From NCBI RefSeq assembly GCF_003018255.1, contig NZ_CP027440.1: a stretch of DNA of 64,000 bases. The stretch is one strand, 5' to 3'. How positions within the stretch are numbered: position 1 is the stretch's first letter; the number at the start of each line of letters is the position of its first letter. Both the position numbers and the translations under genes were made by a program. A model generated the notes under the pieces. The model was not told the origin of the DNA. It worked only from the letters and a program-made list of their open reading frames with translations, and ran no database searches. Origin of the DNA: Escherichia coli. GTDB taxonomy: Bacteria > Pseudomonadota > Gammaproteobacteria > Enterobacterales > Enterobacteriaceae. Below are positions 39,570 through 53,451 of this stretch, one piece after another.

Positions 39570-40580
39570 TTATCGCGAAAGAGCAATGAGGGAGTCGCGG
39601 CGGATCAGTTTTCCGCTGAAGGTTTTCGGCGGTGTGTAAGCACCACCATCGAGCATAAATATCAGCCGCCCAATTATTTCCTGAATCATCTCAGTCACCG
39701 GAATTTTTACGCTGGAGAGCGCCGGAACGGTGTAGGGGGCAATAGCGATATCATCGAATCCGATAACTGACACCTGCTCTGGCACCGCTACGCCGCGCTC
39801 GTGTAACGCTTTCATCGCACCTATCGCCATATCGTCGTTACTGGCAACTAACGCGCTAAATTTAGCCCCACGTTCGAGCAACATTTCTACCCCTTCGGCC
39901 CCGCTGGCAGGCGTCCATTTACCGTTAGCGATAAGTTTTTCATTGAGCGCAATACCATGCTGCGCCAGCGCGTCTTTATACCCGGCAAGACGTTCAACGC
40001 TGGTGGGGGAATCCATCGAACCGGTAAGGAAAGCAATCTCCTGATGTCCGGCGTTTATCAACTCTGCCACGGCGTTAAAGCTGGTCTGTTTATGATCGCA
40101 CCAGACGCTATGGCTGCTGTTTTTGCGCAGGCGGCGATTAAGCACCATTATCGGCTGACTGTGTGCGTCAATGATGTCATCAATCTCATCCACGCTTAAA
40201 AAACGCGGGTAAATCATAATGGCGTCGCAGCGCAAATCCAGCAGATACTGAATCGCCTGGCGCTCTTCTTCGGCGCTGTGTTTACCATCTGCCAATAGCA
40301 ACTGTCGCCCTTTCTCTTCCGCCATTCGCGCGGCATGAAAGAGTAATTCACTAAAATAAATGCCGTGGTAAAGCGTGTTGGTCACGACCAGCCCCAGCGT
40401 CTGAGTACTCTTCGCCGACAGATTGCGCGCCAGCAAGTTTGGACGGTAACCGCTCTCTTCTACCGCCTGAAACACGCGATCTTTAGTCTCCTGGCTGACG
40501 TAGCCATTACCTGAAAGCACGCGGGAAACGGTCGCTTTTGAAACCCCGGCGCGCTTCGCCACTTCCAGCATCGTCGTCAT
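39570..40580 (-). CDS. ascG: LacI/GalR-family repressor of ascFB
   Basis: ORF 39570-40646; start placed at MTTMLEVAKRAGVSKATVSRV (336 aa). Confidence 0.88.
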   Translation of the reverse strand: MTTMLEVAKRAGVSKATVSRVLSGNGYVSQETKDRVFQAVEESGYRPNLLARNLSAKSTQTLGLVVTNTLYHGIYFSELLFHAARMAEEKGRQLLLADGKHSAEEERQAIQYLLDLRCDAIMIYPRFLSVDEIDDIIDAHSQPIMVLNRRLRKNSSHSVWCDHKQTSFNAVAELINAGHQEIAFLTGSMDSPTSVERLAGYKDALAQHGIALNEKLIANGKWTPASGAEGVEMLLERGAKFSALVASNDDMAIGAMKALHERGVAVPEQVSVIGFDDIAIAPYTVPALSSVKIPVTEMIQEIIGRLIFMLDGGAYTPPKTFSGKLIRRDSLIALSR

Positions 40581-40839
40581 CATTTTCATCCCTTTACACG
40601 CAATCAACGCAGTGTACTGCACCGTTTGCCGATTGTCCTTGCGCAATCGGCGGGAAAAATATTCAGGTGACCGGTTTCACAAATATAAAAAATGAACAAT
40701 TAACTCTCTTGCTTATTCAGTGACAACTATTCATGATTTTGTGAAACCGGTTTCCTAATTCCGTTTCAGCATCGGCATTTTTCCGTCACGTCGACTGATA
40801 ACAACTACATCTACCCTACTGATAACAGGATAAAATCCG

Positions 40840-43730
<2,891 letters not shown>

Positions 43731-43736
43731 GTAACA

Positions 43737-43817
43737 GTGCCGGATGCGGCGTGAACGCCTTATCCGGCCTACATGTCGCACGAACCAGGTAGGCCCGATA
43801 AGCGCAGCGCATCGGGC
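43737..43817. repeat. REP elements
   Basis: gtgccggatgcggcgtgaacgccttatccggcctac and gtaggcccgataagcgcagcgcatcgggca between ascB and hycI. Confidence 0.75.
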
Positions 43818-43887
43818 AATCTGGCGTTTGCTATCAGTTCTGATTCCCTCATCAAGAACATCCCTGTCCTGATTCCTTACTGAAAAA

Positions 43888-44358
43888 CTACTCTTCTTCC
43901 ACCGCTAACTGCGCGAATCCGCCATTCCCTTCCCAGCCTTCCAGTCGTTGATAAACGGTTTCTACCGCATCTTTAATCGGCTGGGTCATCGGGTAGTAAA
44001 AGCCGACGATATCCGGCTGGATGCCGAGGAAAATCACTTCGCCAATGTCTTCTTTTAACTGGTCGATAAGGTAGTTCAACGGCATGTTATGGGTAGTCAT
44101 CATAAACATCTCGGCGATATCATCCGGATCGATGATGCGGATCTCGCCGGGGTTTAACCCCATATCCGTGGCGTCGACAATCAGCAGCCGTGTCGGGCGC
44201 AGTTCGCGGATGGCGACGATGTCGTTTTCCGGAGCGCTACCGCCGTCAATCACCACCCAGTTACCTTTCGGCGCGGCGGCGCACTTTTCCGCCAGCAGCG
44301 GGCCTGCGCCATCATCGCCCATCATGCTATTGCCAACACAAAGTAAAACGTCAGTCAC
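43888..44358 (-). CDS. hycI: hydrogenase 3 maturation endopeptidase
   Basis: 156-aa ORF; recognised as HycI. Confidence 0.92.
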   Translation of the reverse strand: MTDVLLCVGNSMMGDDGAGPLLAEKCAAAPKGNWVVIDGGSAPENDIVAIRELRPTRLLIVDATDMGLNPGEIRIIDPDDIAEMFMMTTHNMPLNYLIDQLKEDIGEVIFLGIQPDIVGFYYPMTQPIKDAVETVYQRLEGWEGNGGFAQLAVEEE

Positions 44359-44761
44359 GCAGTCTCCTCACCATCAAATAGATGGCGTTTTCCTGATGAA
44401 TATCATGCAGCATACTTAACAGCATTGTACTCCATTCTTTCTGCTGCGAAGTTTGCGCTGCCCGGGCTTTATCGAATGCGTTAGCCAGCATCGGCACATG
44501 GTTAATGTCGATGACGATCTCACCATATTTCGGCACGCCTTCCATTTTGCGGCGGGCTTCGCTGCCCGCCTCCAGAGTGGCAATCCATGCCAGATAGTCA
44601 TCCCACGGGCAGGTAAGCGCCGCTTCCAGGCAATCGATAACCCCAAGGTGGTGACCAATCGCCAGGCTGTAATAGACCACCTGCTGCGCCTCGGCGGGCG
44701 TAGCATCGTTCTCATCAATAAATTTACGGCTCAGTTGACTGAACACCACCTTTTCACTCAT
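44351..44761 (-). CDS. hycH: formate hydrogenlyase maturation protein
   Basis: 136-aa ORF; recognised as HycH. Confidence 0.9.
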   Translation of the reverse strand: MSEKVVFSQLSRKFIDENDATPAEAQQVVYYSLAIGHHLGVIDCLEAALTCPWDDYLAWIATLEAGSEARRKMEGVPKYGEIVIDINHVPMLANAFDKARAAQTSQQKEWSTMLLSMLHDIHQENAIYLMVRRLRD

Positions 44762-45525
44762 CGGATACGCGCCTCTTCAACAACATGATTCAGATGGCTG
44801 ACAATCTCGTTCAGACGCGGATCGTTTTCCGCTTCCAGCCAGCGTGCAACCTGTTCTTCGCCCTGCCCTAACTGTGTAAGGTAATCATCGGCAATCTGAC
44901 GACCGTAACGATAACCCGCCAGGCGGCGTGCTTCGCGATCCACTTTCACACGCAGCGGCTGCACCATATCGCCATGCAGGATCTCCGCCGGTTGTTCATC
45001 CTGCTCACCCGGCCCACGGGCGTGAATTTTCTGCTCCAGCAGGCCGAGCGCCATTGCAAAGCCGTATAGCGTAGCGGCAGGCGTTGGCGGGCAGCCAGGG
45101 ATGTAGACATCTACCGGGACGATTTTATCCGTACCGCCCCACACGCAGTAGAGATCGTGGAAGATCCCACCACTGTTACCGCAGGCACCGTAGGAGATAC
45201 AGATTTTCGGGTCCGGCGCGGACTGCCACGCACGCAGCGCAGGGGATCGCATTGCACGGGTGACCGCGCCGGTAAACAGTAAAATATCCGCATGACGCGG
45301 TGAAGGAACGACTTTAATGCCGAAGCGTTCTGCATCAAACAGCGGCGAAAGCGTGGCGAAAATTTCGATTTCGCAGCCGTTGCAGCCACCGCAGTCCACG
45401 CGGTAAACGTAGGCAGAACGTTTGATTTTTTTCAGTAACGACGCCTTCATGCTGGCGATGGATTCATCCACCGTCATCGGGACCGGAATGCCGTTGGCGT
45501 CACGGGGGCCTAATAAATTGCTCAT
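44758..45525 (-). CDS. hycG: hydrogenase 3 small subunit
   Basis: 255-aa ORF; recognised as HycG. Confidence 0.92.
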   Translation of the reverse strand: MSNLLGPRDANGIPVPMTVDESIASMKASLLKKIKRSAYVYRVDCGGCNGCEIEIFATLSPLFDAERFGIKVVPSPRHADILLFTGAVTRAMRSPALRAWQSAPDPKICISYGACGNSGGIFHDLYCVWGGTDKIVPVDVYIPGCPPTPAATLYGFAMALGLLEQKIHARGPGEQDEQPAEILHGDMVQPLRVKVDREARRLAGYRYGRQIADDYLTQLGQGEEQVARWLEAENDPRLNEIVSHLNHVVEEARIR

Positions 45526-46067
45526 CAGATGGCCTCTTTCATATGGCGAGTCAGTTCAATACGGTCGGACGGCACCAGGCATTTCTGGCGCTTACATTCC
45601 GGGCAAGTCTCAAAGCTTTCGCGGTGGTTTTCCGCGCGGCTGTCACCATTGTGCTTAAGCAGCGCAATGGCGTAGTCGATCTCTTTCTGGACGGCGAAAG
45701 GACGATTGCAGACGCGGCAGTTGCACAGCGCGAAGCGGGACTGTTGGAGGAAGTCTTCTTTCTTCCACACCGCCAGTTCGTACTCTTGCGACAGTTTGAT
45801 CGCCGCCGTCGGGCAAACTTCTTCGCAGCGTCCACAGAAGATGCAGCGCCCGAGATTAAACTCCCAGGCCAGCTCTCCTGTGGCGAGGTCGGTTTCAACC
45901 GTTAAGGCGTTTGACGGGCAGGCATTGACGCAGGCCGCGCAGCCGATGCACTGCTGCGGGTTCTGCTCTGGCTTACCACGGAAGTTTTTATCAACCGCAA
46001 TCGGCTCCAGCGGATAAGACGAGGTCGCCGTGCCGGTTTTGATGACTTTTTTGATAAAGGTAAACAT
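45525..46067 (-). CDS. hycF: formate hydrogenlyase iron-sulfur subunit
   Basis: 180-aa ORF with two 4Fe-4S CxxCxxCxxxCP motifs; recognised as HycF. Confidence 0.92.
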   Translation of the reverse strand: MFTFIKKVIKTGTATSSYPLEPIAVDKNFRGKPEQNPQQCIGCAACVNACPSNALTVETDLATGELAWEFNLGRCIFCGRCEEVCPTAAIKLSQEYELAVWKKEDFLQQSRFALCNCRVCNRPFAVQKEIDYAIALLKHNGDSRAENHRESFETCPECKRQKCLVPSDRIELTRHMKEAI

Positions 46068-46076
46068 GGCGATTCC

Positions 46077-47786
46077 TTATTTCAGCGGCGAGTTTTTACG
46101 CTCAATGCTGTAACGCTCGAGTTCTTTGTACGGCACCACTTTGCTCTTCTTCTTACGCACATCGACCACGGTCATGCGGTCGGTACAGGAGTAGCAAGGG
46201 TCCAGGCTACCGATAATCAGCGGCGCATCGGAAACGGTGTTGCCGCGCAGCATGTAGCGCAGGGTCGGCCAGTTCGCGTAGGTCGCGGCACGGCAGCGCC
46301 AGCGGTACAGCTTCTGGTTGTCGCCGGTCATGCTCCAGTGGATATCGTCGCCGCGCGGCGCTTCGGCAAAGCCCAGCGCAAAACGGTGCGGAATGTAGGT
46401 AAAACCTTCTACCATCAACGGACCGCCCGGCAGGTTATCCAGACCGTAGTCGATCATGTTCAGCGCGGTATAGACCTCGTTGATTCGCACTTTCAGACGG
46501 GAAATAACGTCGCAGCCCTGCTCGCTGTGGACTTCCATTGGCAGCAGGCCATAACCGACAAACGGGTGATCGGCGCGAGTATCGCGGGCGTGACCGCTGG
46601 CGCGAACCATCGGGCCAACGTTACTGAAATCGCGGGCGATTTCCGGGTCCAGACGACCAATGCCGACGGTGCGCTGTTCCATGTTCGGTGTGCTCAGCAG
46701 CACATCCACCAGCTCCTGCACTTCACGACGCATCTGTTGTGCCAGATGGCGGGTCTGGATCATGTCGTCTTTCAGCAGATCGCGACGAATCCCGCCGATC
46801 AGGTTCAGGCCGTAGGTTTTACGTGCACCGGTAAGGATCTCTGCCATTTTCATGGAGGTTTCACGCACGCGGAAGAACTGCATAAAGCCGGAGTCGAAGC
46901 CGGTAAAGTGACAGGCGAGGCCGAGATTGAGCAGATGCGAGTGCAGGCGTTCCACCTCCAACAGAATGGCGCGGATCATCTGCGCACGTTCTGGCACCTG
47001 AATACCCATCGCGTTTTCCACCGACGTGGTGTAGGCGGTGCTGTGAGCAAAGCCGCAGATCCCGCACACACGGTCAGAGAGGAAGGTCACTTCGTTGTAA
47101 CCCATACGGGTTTCCGCCAGTTTTTCCATGCCGCGATGGACGTAGAACAGGCGGTAGTCGGCGTCGATAATGTTTTCACCATCGACAAACAGACGGAAGT
47201 GACCCGGTTCGTCAGAAGTGACGTGCAGGGGACCAATCGGCACGACGTTGTTTTTCTTGTCGCCCAGTTCGTTGATGAACTCGTAGGTTTCAGCATCGGT
47301 AGTCGGTGCCGGACGCTGACGATAATCCATGCTGTCTTTACGCAGAGGATAAAGTTCATCCGGCCAGTCATCCGGCAGCACCAGACGGCGTTCATCCGGC
47401 AGACCAACCGGAATCAAACCGTACATATCGCGCACTTCACGCTCGCCCCACACTGCCGCCGGAACGCGCGGCGTCACGGAAGGATACTCCGGTTTGTTGG
47501 CGTCAACTTCGACGCGCACCGTTACCCAACACTTAGTCCCCTTCTCCATCGACAGCACGTAATAAACGGCGTAATGACCATTCAGTTTGCGTTCGTCGTT
47601 ACCAAACAGCACCGACAGCCAGCCCCCCTGCTTGTAGTAGAGAAACTCCACCACTTCCGGCAGGTAGTTCACCTTCACGGTCACGGTCAGCTGATCTTTG
47701 GTCTGCCAGGCGTGGTCCAGCACGACGCCCGGAAATGCCTCATTCAGCGCGGCGAGATAATGTTGACCTAATTTTTCTTCAGACAT
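46077..47786 (-). CDS. hycE: hydrogenase 3 large subunit
   Basis: ORF 46077-47807; start at MSEEKLGQHYLAAL (569 aa); C-terminal DPCYSCTDR Ni-binding motif. Confidence 0.93.
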   Translation of the reverse strand: MSEEKLGQHYLAALNEAFPGVVLDHAWQTKDQLTVTVKVNYLPEVVEFLYYKQGGWLSVLFGNDERKLNGHYAVYYVLSMEKGTKCWVTVRVEVDANKPEYPSVTPRVPAAVWGEREVRDMYGLIPVGLPDERRLVLPDDWPDELYPLRKDSMDYRQRPAPTTDAETYEFINELGDKKNNVVPIGPLHVTSDEPGHFRLFVDGENIIDADYRLFYVHRGMEKLAETRMGYNEVTFLSDRVCGICGFAHSTAYTTSVENAMGIQVPERAQMIRAILLEVERLHSHLLNLGLACHFTGFDSGFMQFFRVRETSMKMAEILTGARKTYGLNLIGGIRRDLLKDDMIQTRHLAQQMRREVQELVDVLLSTPNMEQRTVGIGRLDPEIARDFSNVGPMVRASGHARDTRADHPFVGYGLLPMEVHSEQGCDVISRLKVRINEVYTALNMIDYGLDNLPGGPLMVEGFTYIPHRFALGFAEAPRGDDIHWSMTGDNQKLYRWRCRAATYANWPTLRYMLRGNTVSDAPLIIGSLDPCYSCTDRMTVVDVRKKKSKVVPYKELERYSIERKNSPLK

Positions 47787-47803
47787 GCTCAAACTCTCTT
47801 TAA

Positions 47804-48727
47804 TCACGCCGCCAGCAAGGAGACGAACGCTAAAAATGCAAAGCCAAAACCAGCCCAGGTAATGCGTGGAGTAATATCAAGACGCAAACGGGCCATGCTG
47901 TTTTCGAACAGCGCGATAACCAGTACGCCGACCACCAGTTTGACGATGGCAATCACCAGCGCCAGCAGCAGCCCACCGACGGTGAAGGTTTCCATTTGTC
48001 CCCACGGAATAAACACCCCGACGAACATCTGCAACACCACCAGCTGTTTCAGGCTGATGCCCCATTTCATGACGCCAAAGCCGCTGCCGCTATACTCAGA
48101 GAGCGGACCTTCCTGCAACTCCTGCTCGGCTTCCGCCAGGTCGAACGGCAGTTTGCCCATTTCGATAAAAGTGGCGAACGCACAGGCACAAAGCGCCAGC
48201 ACCAGCGGGATGCTCTGGCTCAGTGGCCAGTGATAAACGGTGTCGGTGATGTTGCTGATGTTGGTGGAACCGGCAACCTGTGCGGCGACCCACAGACCAA
48301 GCAGCAGCATCGGTTCAACCAACACGCCAAGCATCGCTTCACGGCTCGCGCCGATAGCGGTAAACGGGCTACCAGTATCCAGACCAGAAATGGCAAAGAA
48401 GAAACGCGCGATGGCGAAGAGATACAGTAAGGTGATCAAATCGCCCAGTTGCGGCAGCGGAGAGCCGACGGTCACCACCGGCAGCGCAGTGGCGATAGTC
48501 AGCATGACGCCCACCATCACATACGGCGTCAGGCGGAACACCCAGCCGGAGGCATCCGGGCCAACGCTCTGACGCCCCAGCAGTTTGATAATGTCGCGAT
48601 ACTCCTGCAACACGCCCGGCCCACGACGGTTATGCAAGCGGGCGCGCGCTACGCGGGTAATACCGGAGAGCAGCGGCGCAACGGCAAATAACACCAGCGC
48701 CTGAATTAACGGATATAAAACACTCAT
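47804..48727 (-). CDS. hycD: formate hydrogenlyase membrane subunit
   Basis: 307-aa hydrophobic ORF; recognised as HycD. Confidence 0.92.
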   Translation of the reverse strand: MSVLYPLIQALVLFAVAPLLSGITRVARARLHNRRGPGVLQEYRDIIKLLGRQSVGPDASGWVFRLTPYVMVGVMLTIATALPVVTVGSPLPQLGDLITLLYLFAIARFFFAISGLDTGSPFTAIGASREAMLGVLVEPMLLLGLWVAAQVAGSTNISNITDTVYHWPLSQSIPLVLALCACAFATFIEMGKLPFDLAEAEQELQEGPLSEYSGSGFGVMKWGISLKQLVVLQMFVGVFIPWGQMETFTVGGLLLALVIAIVKLVVGVLVIALFENSMARLRLDITPRITWAGFGFAFLAFVSLLAA

Positions 48728-48729
48728 TC

Positions 48730-50556
48730 TCAGGCTCCTCGTGAAACAATAATCACCACCAGTACCGCCAGTTCAACCAGCGCCATCCGGCGGAACAGCA
48801 ACGCACTCCCCTCGCACTGCCAGCCCGGCACCAGCGACACCGGATTCAGCCATTTGCGTAGTTTCAGCACCGGCGCAAACGCCTGTTTCACCGGCATGGC
48901 AAAACCGTGAGCGGTAATCACCATTGATTTTTCATGATCGTAGCCGCACACCCAGGCCGCGCCGCGGGAACGCGACGGCAAACGATCGCCTTTGCAAATC
49001 GCCATAATGATGAATGGCAGCAGCGGGCAGGCAATCAGCAGCAACGTGATCATGGGTTGAGAAACGGTGGTGTTAGCAGGCTCCAGCGGCAGAGGTACAG
49101 CAGCAGAGAGCATCGGCAGTAGCCACGGCGCAGCAACACCGCCAATTACGCAGCAAATCGCCAGTGCCACTACGCTTACGCTCATCAGGAGCGGCGCACA
49201 GGTGGCGTTTTCGGCCTCTTTGGTACGCGGCGCGCCGAGGAAAGTAACGCCATAAACTTTCGCCATACACATCACCGCCAGCGCACCGGTAATTGCCAGC
49301 CCCACGGCGAGCAGCGGCCCGAGAAGACGGGCAACAAACGCGCCACTATTGCTCAGTTTGAAGAAGGATTGATAGATAACCCATTCCCCGGCAAACCCGT
49401 TCAGCGGCGGCAGCGCAGCCATTGCCATCAGCCCGACTAACATGGCGATGGAGATAACCGGCATTTTCTTGCCAATACCACCGAGTTTTTCGATATCGCG
49501 ATGACCGGTACGGAACCAGACGCTCCCCGCACCAAGGAACAGTACGCTCTTGAACAGGCTATGGTTAAGCAGATGGTACAGACCACCAACCAGACCAAGG
49601 GCAATCAGCGCCGGTTGTTCGAGCGCGATACCCGTTACGCCAGCGCCCAGCCCCAGCAGGATGATGCCGATATTTTCCAGGGTGTGGTAAGCCAGCAGAC
49701 GTTGGATATTATGTTCCATCAACGCATACAGACCGCCGACGAATGCGGTGATCATGCCGAGTACCAGCAGTGCGATCCCCCACCACAGCGGTGCATTACC
49801 GCCCAGTAGTGACAGAGTTAAAATGCCCAGCAGGCCAATTTTCATGACTACCGTGGAAAACAGCGCGGCAGCTGGCGCAGAGGCGTTGGCATGTGCCTGT
49901 GGCACCCAGCCGTGCAGCGGAATAATCCCGGCCAGCAGGCCAAAGCCAATCACACCGAGCAGCCAGATATCGGAACCGAGCGGCAGCTGTTGCATACGCA
50001 TATCCAGCAGGCGCAGATCCAGCGTGCCGTAACGCTGCCACAGCAGCCAGCAGGCAATCGCCAGCAGCAGAGTGCCAAGACGCCCCAGCGCAAACCACAG
50101 TTTGCCCTCTTTGCTGTTGCTGGTGAGGAACACCGCACACAGGGCCATGATTTCGGCCATTACCACGAACATGCCGAGGTTGCTGGCGATGACGGCGCAG
50201 ACGGCGGCAGCCATCAACATATTGATCTGCAAGCCGTTGCACTTCACCTGCGCGTGGCGATGCCAGTCAATGTTGTAGAGGCTGACAAACAGACCGCATA
50301 GGCCGAGCGTAATCAGCCAAATCGCATTAAGCGGAGAGATTTGCACATCGTAGCTTACCAGCGACAGCGCACCGCTCACGCCAACCGCGCCAGTCAGCAC
50401 TGTGAAGCCCGCGGCTGCCGTATACAGGCTACCAACCGCGCCGCCAATTCCGGCTATCCAGCCGCTTAGCGCCTTTTGAAAAGAAAAGAGAAATGCCAGA
50501 ACAGCGGCGGCGACAAACCACGCCACGCCGCTATTGATCAGGGAAATTGCGCTCAT
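48730..50556 (-). CDS. hycC: formate hydrogenlyase membrane subunit (antiporter-like)
   Basis: 608-aa hydrophobic ORF; recognised as HycC. Confidence 0.92.
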   Translation of the reverse strand: MSAISLINSGVAWFVAAAVLAFLFSFQKALSGWIAGIGGAVGSLYTAAAGFTVLTGAVGVSGALSLVSYDVQISPLNAIWLITLGLCGLFVSLYNIDWHRHAQVKCNGLQINMLMAAAVCAVIASNLGMFVVMAEIMALCAVFLTSNSKEGKLWFALGRLGTLLLAIACWLLWQRYGTLDLRLLDMRMQQLPLGSDIWLLGVIGFGLLAGIIPLHGWVPQAHANASAPAAALFSTVVMKIGLLGILTLSLLGGNAPLWWGIALLVLGMITAFVGGLYALMEHNIQRLLAYHTLENIGIILLGLGAGVTGIALEQPALIALGLVGGLYHLLNHSLFKSVLFLGAGSVWFRTGHRDIEKLGGIGKKMPVISIAMLVGLMAMAALPPLNGFAGEWVIYQSFFKLSNSGAFVARLLGPLLAVGLAITGALAVMCMAKVYGVTFLGAPRTKEAENATCAPLLMSVSVVALAICCVIGGVAAPWLLPMLSAAVPLPLEPANTTVSQPMITLLLIACPLLPFIIMAICKGDRLPSRSRGAAWVCGYDHEKSMVITAHGFAMPVKQAFAPVLKLRKWLNPVSLVPGWQCEGSALLFRRMALVELAVLVVIIVSRGA

Positions 50557-51164
50557 TTAGCCTCTCCACTTTGAGCCTGCTGAAACAAGGTGAGATCGCC
50601 AAAATCCGTGTTAAAAGTCAGCTCACGCTTACGTTTGCTGACGCGGGCGATATCGGTGTTATCCACCAGATGCAGGGCTTTAGTCGGGCACATCCGCACG
50701 CAGGCCGGACCTTGTTCATCAAAGCTACAAAGGTCACATTTGACGGCGATCGCGCGAATACCTGGCACCCAGTCAAGCAATGTGCTGACACGCGCCGGAG
50801 CAGGCGGTGCCGGTGGCGCTTTCGGGGTATTGGCGTTTGCCGGAATATCCAGCGGACGGCTGCCGGAAAATTCAATTGCGCCAAACGGGCAGGCGATGCC
50901 GCACAGTTTGCAGCTTACGCACAGACTTTCATTCAACTGCACGGCCCCATCAACGCGGGTGATGGCGTTAACCGGGCAAACCACCGCACAGGGCGCATCT
51001 TCACAGTGGTGACAGAGCTGCGGCGCAGATTCTTTTTCATTGAGCATCACTCGCAGGCGCGGCATTGATTGCAGGCCGTGCTGGCGATGCGTCTCTGAAC
51101 AGGCGGCCTCACAGGTGTGGCAGCCGATACAGAGCGTGGAGTCAGCAATTACAAAACGATTCAC
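50553..51164 (-). CDS. hycB: formate hydrogenlyase iron-sulfur subunit
   Basis: 203-aa ORF with multiple CxxCxxCxxxCP motifs; recognised as HycB. Confidence 0.92.
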   Translation of the reverse strand: MNRFVIADSTLCIGCHTCEAACSETHRQHGLQSMPRLRVMLNEKESAPQLCHHCEDAPCAVVCPVNAITRVDGAVQLNESLCVSCKLCGIACPFGAIEFSGSRPLDIPANANTPKAPPAPPAPARVSTLLDWVPGIRAIAVKCDLCSFDEQGPACVRMCPTKALHLVDNTDIARVSKRKRELTFNTDFGDLTLFQQAQSGEAK

Positions 51165-51183
51165 CAGGCATTCCTCAGGTGAT

Positions 51184-51238
51184 TGTCATTTTTGACGAAA
51201 ACATGCCGATGAAATGTCATTTTCGACACTCATCGACA
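51184..51238. promoter_or_regulatory. candidate FhlA enhancer motifs in hycB-hycA spacer
   Basis: TGTCATTTTTGACG and TGTCATTTTCGACACTCATCGACA. Confidence 0.5.
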
Positions 51239-51288
51239 CGCCCATCCCCAAACAGGCGTAACGCCTGCAAAACGGGCAAAGCCTCAGC

Positions 51289-51750
51289 TCATGCTGCCGG
51301 GCTTTGTCCCTTTACCAGTTGGCTTAAATTCACCGGCACATTGTTTTCAATGGCGGTGTATAAGCTGTCGTAAACGCCAGCGATTTTTTCGAGATAGTGT
51401 TCCAGAACCTGTTCGCGATCGCGGATGTTGACCTTGCCATCAATCATGCCGTCAATGCTCAGTTGCGCCTGCGCAATCCGCTGTTTGTCTTCACCATCTT
51501 TTGTTTCGACGTAATACTCGATGGTGTGGCTGTTAAAGCCATCCGCCAGGGTGACGTAAATACGAAAATGTTCAAAAAGGACGAAACAGAGTTCTTTGTC
51601 CGGCGCGCAGCTCATGGCGTGATGCAGGCGCGCTTTCGATAACGTGATTCCCTGAACCAGCGAATTGCAGTAGATGTGCCACTGGTCCTGTAGGCGACGA
51701 TGCCGCTGTGCGATGTAATCGGCTTTCTCGCTTATTTCCCAAATAGTCAT
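51289..51750 (-). CDS. hycA: formate hydrogenlyase regulatory protein
   Basis: 153-aa ORF; recognised as HycA. Confidence 0.92.
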   Translation of the reverse strand: MTIWEISEKADYIAQRHRRLQDQWHIYCNSLVQGITLSKARLHHAMSCAPDKELCFVLFEHFRIYVTLADGFNSHTIEYYVETKDGEDKQRIAQAQLSIDGMIDGKVNIRDREQVLEHYLEKIAGVYDSLYTAIENNVPVNLSQLVKGQSPAA

Positions 51751-51786
51751 TGTCAGGTTACCCGTTTAACAGAGATGCCAGCTTTA

Positions 51787-51802
51787 AGCATTTTTTGTGC
51801 CA
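51787..51802 (-). promoter_or_regulatory. sigma-54 promoter of hyc operon
   Basis: Minus-strand TGGCAC-aaaaa-ATGC (GG/GC at canonical -24/-12 spacing) upstream of hycA. Confidence 0.65.
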
Positions 51803-51860
51803 ACTTTTAATTTATTGTTATTAAAGCGATTTTTAAGCTAAAGATGAATTTCGTCGCCGT

Positions 51861-51889
51861 GTCGACGTGTCATTTCGACATCATCGACA
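51861..51889. promoter_or_regulatory. candidate FhlA enhancer motifs in hycA-hypA spacer
   Basis: GTCGACGTGTCATTTCGACATCATCGACA between the divergent sigma-54 promoters. Confidence 0.55.
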
Positions 51890-51915
51890 TTATTCACCGC
51901 AGGGATAATCAACAC

Positions 51916-51931
51916 TGGCACAATTATTGCT
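51916..51931 (+). promoter_or_regulatory. sigma-54 promoter of hyp operon
   Basis: TGGCAC-aatta-TTGCT about 30 nt upstream of hypA ATG. Confidence 0.7.
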
Positions 51932-51961
51932 TGTAGCTGGCAATAGTTAATGGGAGGCGAT

Positions 51962-52312
51962 ATGCACGAAATAACCCTCTGCCAACGAGCACTGGAATTG
52001 ATCGAACAGCAGGCCGCAAAACACGGCGCAAAACGCGTAACTGGGGTCTGGCTCAAAATTGGCGCATTTTCTTGTGTCGAAACCAGCTCTCTTGCCTTTT
52101 GTTTTGATCTGGTTTGCCGCGGCAGCGTGGCGGAAGGTTGTAAACTGCACCTCGAAGAACAAGAGGCCGAATGCTGGTGTGAAACATGCCAACAGTATGT
52201 GACGCTACTGACCCAGCGCGTCCGCCGCTGTCCACAGTGTCATGGTGACATGCTACAGATTGTGGCAGACGACGGTTTACAGATTCGGCGGATAGAAATA
52301 GACCAGGAGTGA
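51962..52312 (+). CDS. hypA: hydrogenase nickel insertion protein
   Basis: ORF 51950-52312; start at MHEITLCQRAL (116 aa); CxxC...CxxC zinc site. Confidence 0.92.
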   Translation: MHEITLCQRALELIEQQAAKHGAKRVTGVWLKIGAFSCVETSSLAFCFDLVCRGSVAEGCKLHLEEQEAECWCETCQQYVTLLTQRVRRCPQCHGDMLQIVADDGLQIRRIEIDQE

Positions 52313-52315
52313 GCG

Positions 52316-53188
52316 ATGTGTACAACATGCGGTTGCGGTGAAGGCAACCTCTATATTGAGGGTGATGAACATAACCCTCATTCCGCGTTTCGTAGCGCGC
52401 CATTTGCCCCGGCGGCACGCCCGAAGATGAAAATCACCGGCATTAAAGCGCCTGAATTTACCCCCAGCCAGACTGAAGAAGGCGACCTGCATTACGGTCA
52501 TGGCGAAGCGGGCACTCACGCGCCGGGCATGAGCCAGCGTCGGATGCTGGAAGTCGAAATTGACGTGCTGGACAAAAATAACCGTCTGGCTGAACGCAAC
52601 CGCGCGCGCTTTGCTGCCCGCAAGCAACTGGTGCTCAACCTGGTTTCCAGCCCTGGTTCCGGTAAAACCACCCTGCTGACGGAAACTTTAATGCGCCTGA
52701 AAGACAGCGTTCCGTGCGCGGTTATTGAAGGTGACCAGCAAACCGTGAACGATGCCGCACGCATTCGCGCTACCGGCACCCCAGCGATTCAGGTGAACAC
52801 CGGTAAAGGCTGCCATCTTGACGCACAGATGATTGCCGACGCCGCGCCGCGCCTGCCACTGGACGATAACGGTATTCTGTTTATCGAAAACGTCGGTAAC
52901 CTCGTTTGCCCGGCCAGCTTCGATCTCGGTGAAAAACACAAAGTGGCGGTGCTTTCCGTTACCGAAGGTGAAGACAAACCGCTGAAATATCCGCACATGT
53001 TTGCCGCCGCCTCGCTGATGCTGCTCAACAAAGTTGACTTGCTGCCGTATCTCAATTTCGACGTTGAGAAGTGCATCGCCTGCGCCCGTGAAGTCAATCC
53101 AGAAATTGAAATCATCCTTATTTCCGCCACCAGCGGCGAAGGGATGGACCAGTGGCTGAACTGGCTGGAGACACAGCGATGTGCATAG
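52316..53188 (+). CDS. hypB: hydrogenase nickel-insertion GTPase
   Basis: 290-aa ORF; N-terminal [10 protein letters not shown] metal motif and GSPGSGKT P-loop. Confidence 0.93.
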   Translation: MCTTCGCGEGNLYIEGDEHNPHSAFRSAPFAPAARPKMKITGIKAPEFTPSQTEEGDLHYGHGEAGTHAPGMSQRRMLEVEIDVLDKNNRLAERNRARFAARKQLVLNLVSSPGSGKTTLLTETLMRLKDSVPCAVIEGDQQTVNDAARIRATGTPAIQVNTGKGCHLDAQMIADAAPRLPLDDNGILFIENVGNLVCPASFDLGEKHKVAVLSVTEGEDKPLKYPHMFAAASLMLLNKVDLLPYLNFDVEKCIACAREVNPEIEIILISATSGEGMDQWLNWLETQRCA

Positions 53189-53451
53189 GCGTTCCCGGCC
53201 AGATCCGCACTATTGACGGCAACCAGGCGAAAGTCGACGTCTGCGGCATTCAGCGCGATGTCGATTTAACGTTAGTCGGCAGCTGCGATGAAAACGGTCA
53301 GCCACGCGTGGGCCAGTGGGTACTGGTTCACGTTGGCTTTGCCATGAGCGTAATTAATGAAGCCGAAGCACGCGACACTCTCGACGCCTTACAAAACATG
53401 TTTGACGTTGAGCCAGATGTCGGCGCGCTGTTGTATGGCGAGGAAAAATAA
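53179..53451 (+). CDS. hypC: hydrogenase maturation chaperone
   Basis: ORF 53152-53451; start at MCIGVPGQI (90 aa). Confidence 0.9.
   Translation: MCIGVPGQIRTIDGNQAKVDVCGIQRDVDLTLVGSCDENGQPRVGQWVLVHVGFAMSVINEAEARDTLDALQNMFDVEPDVGALLYGEEK

Noticed and set aside
46338-47771. 477-aa ORF on the plus strand
   Set aside because: Antisense to hycE (hydrogenase large subunit); no recognisable motifs.
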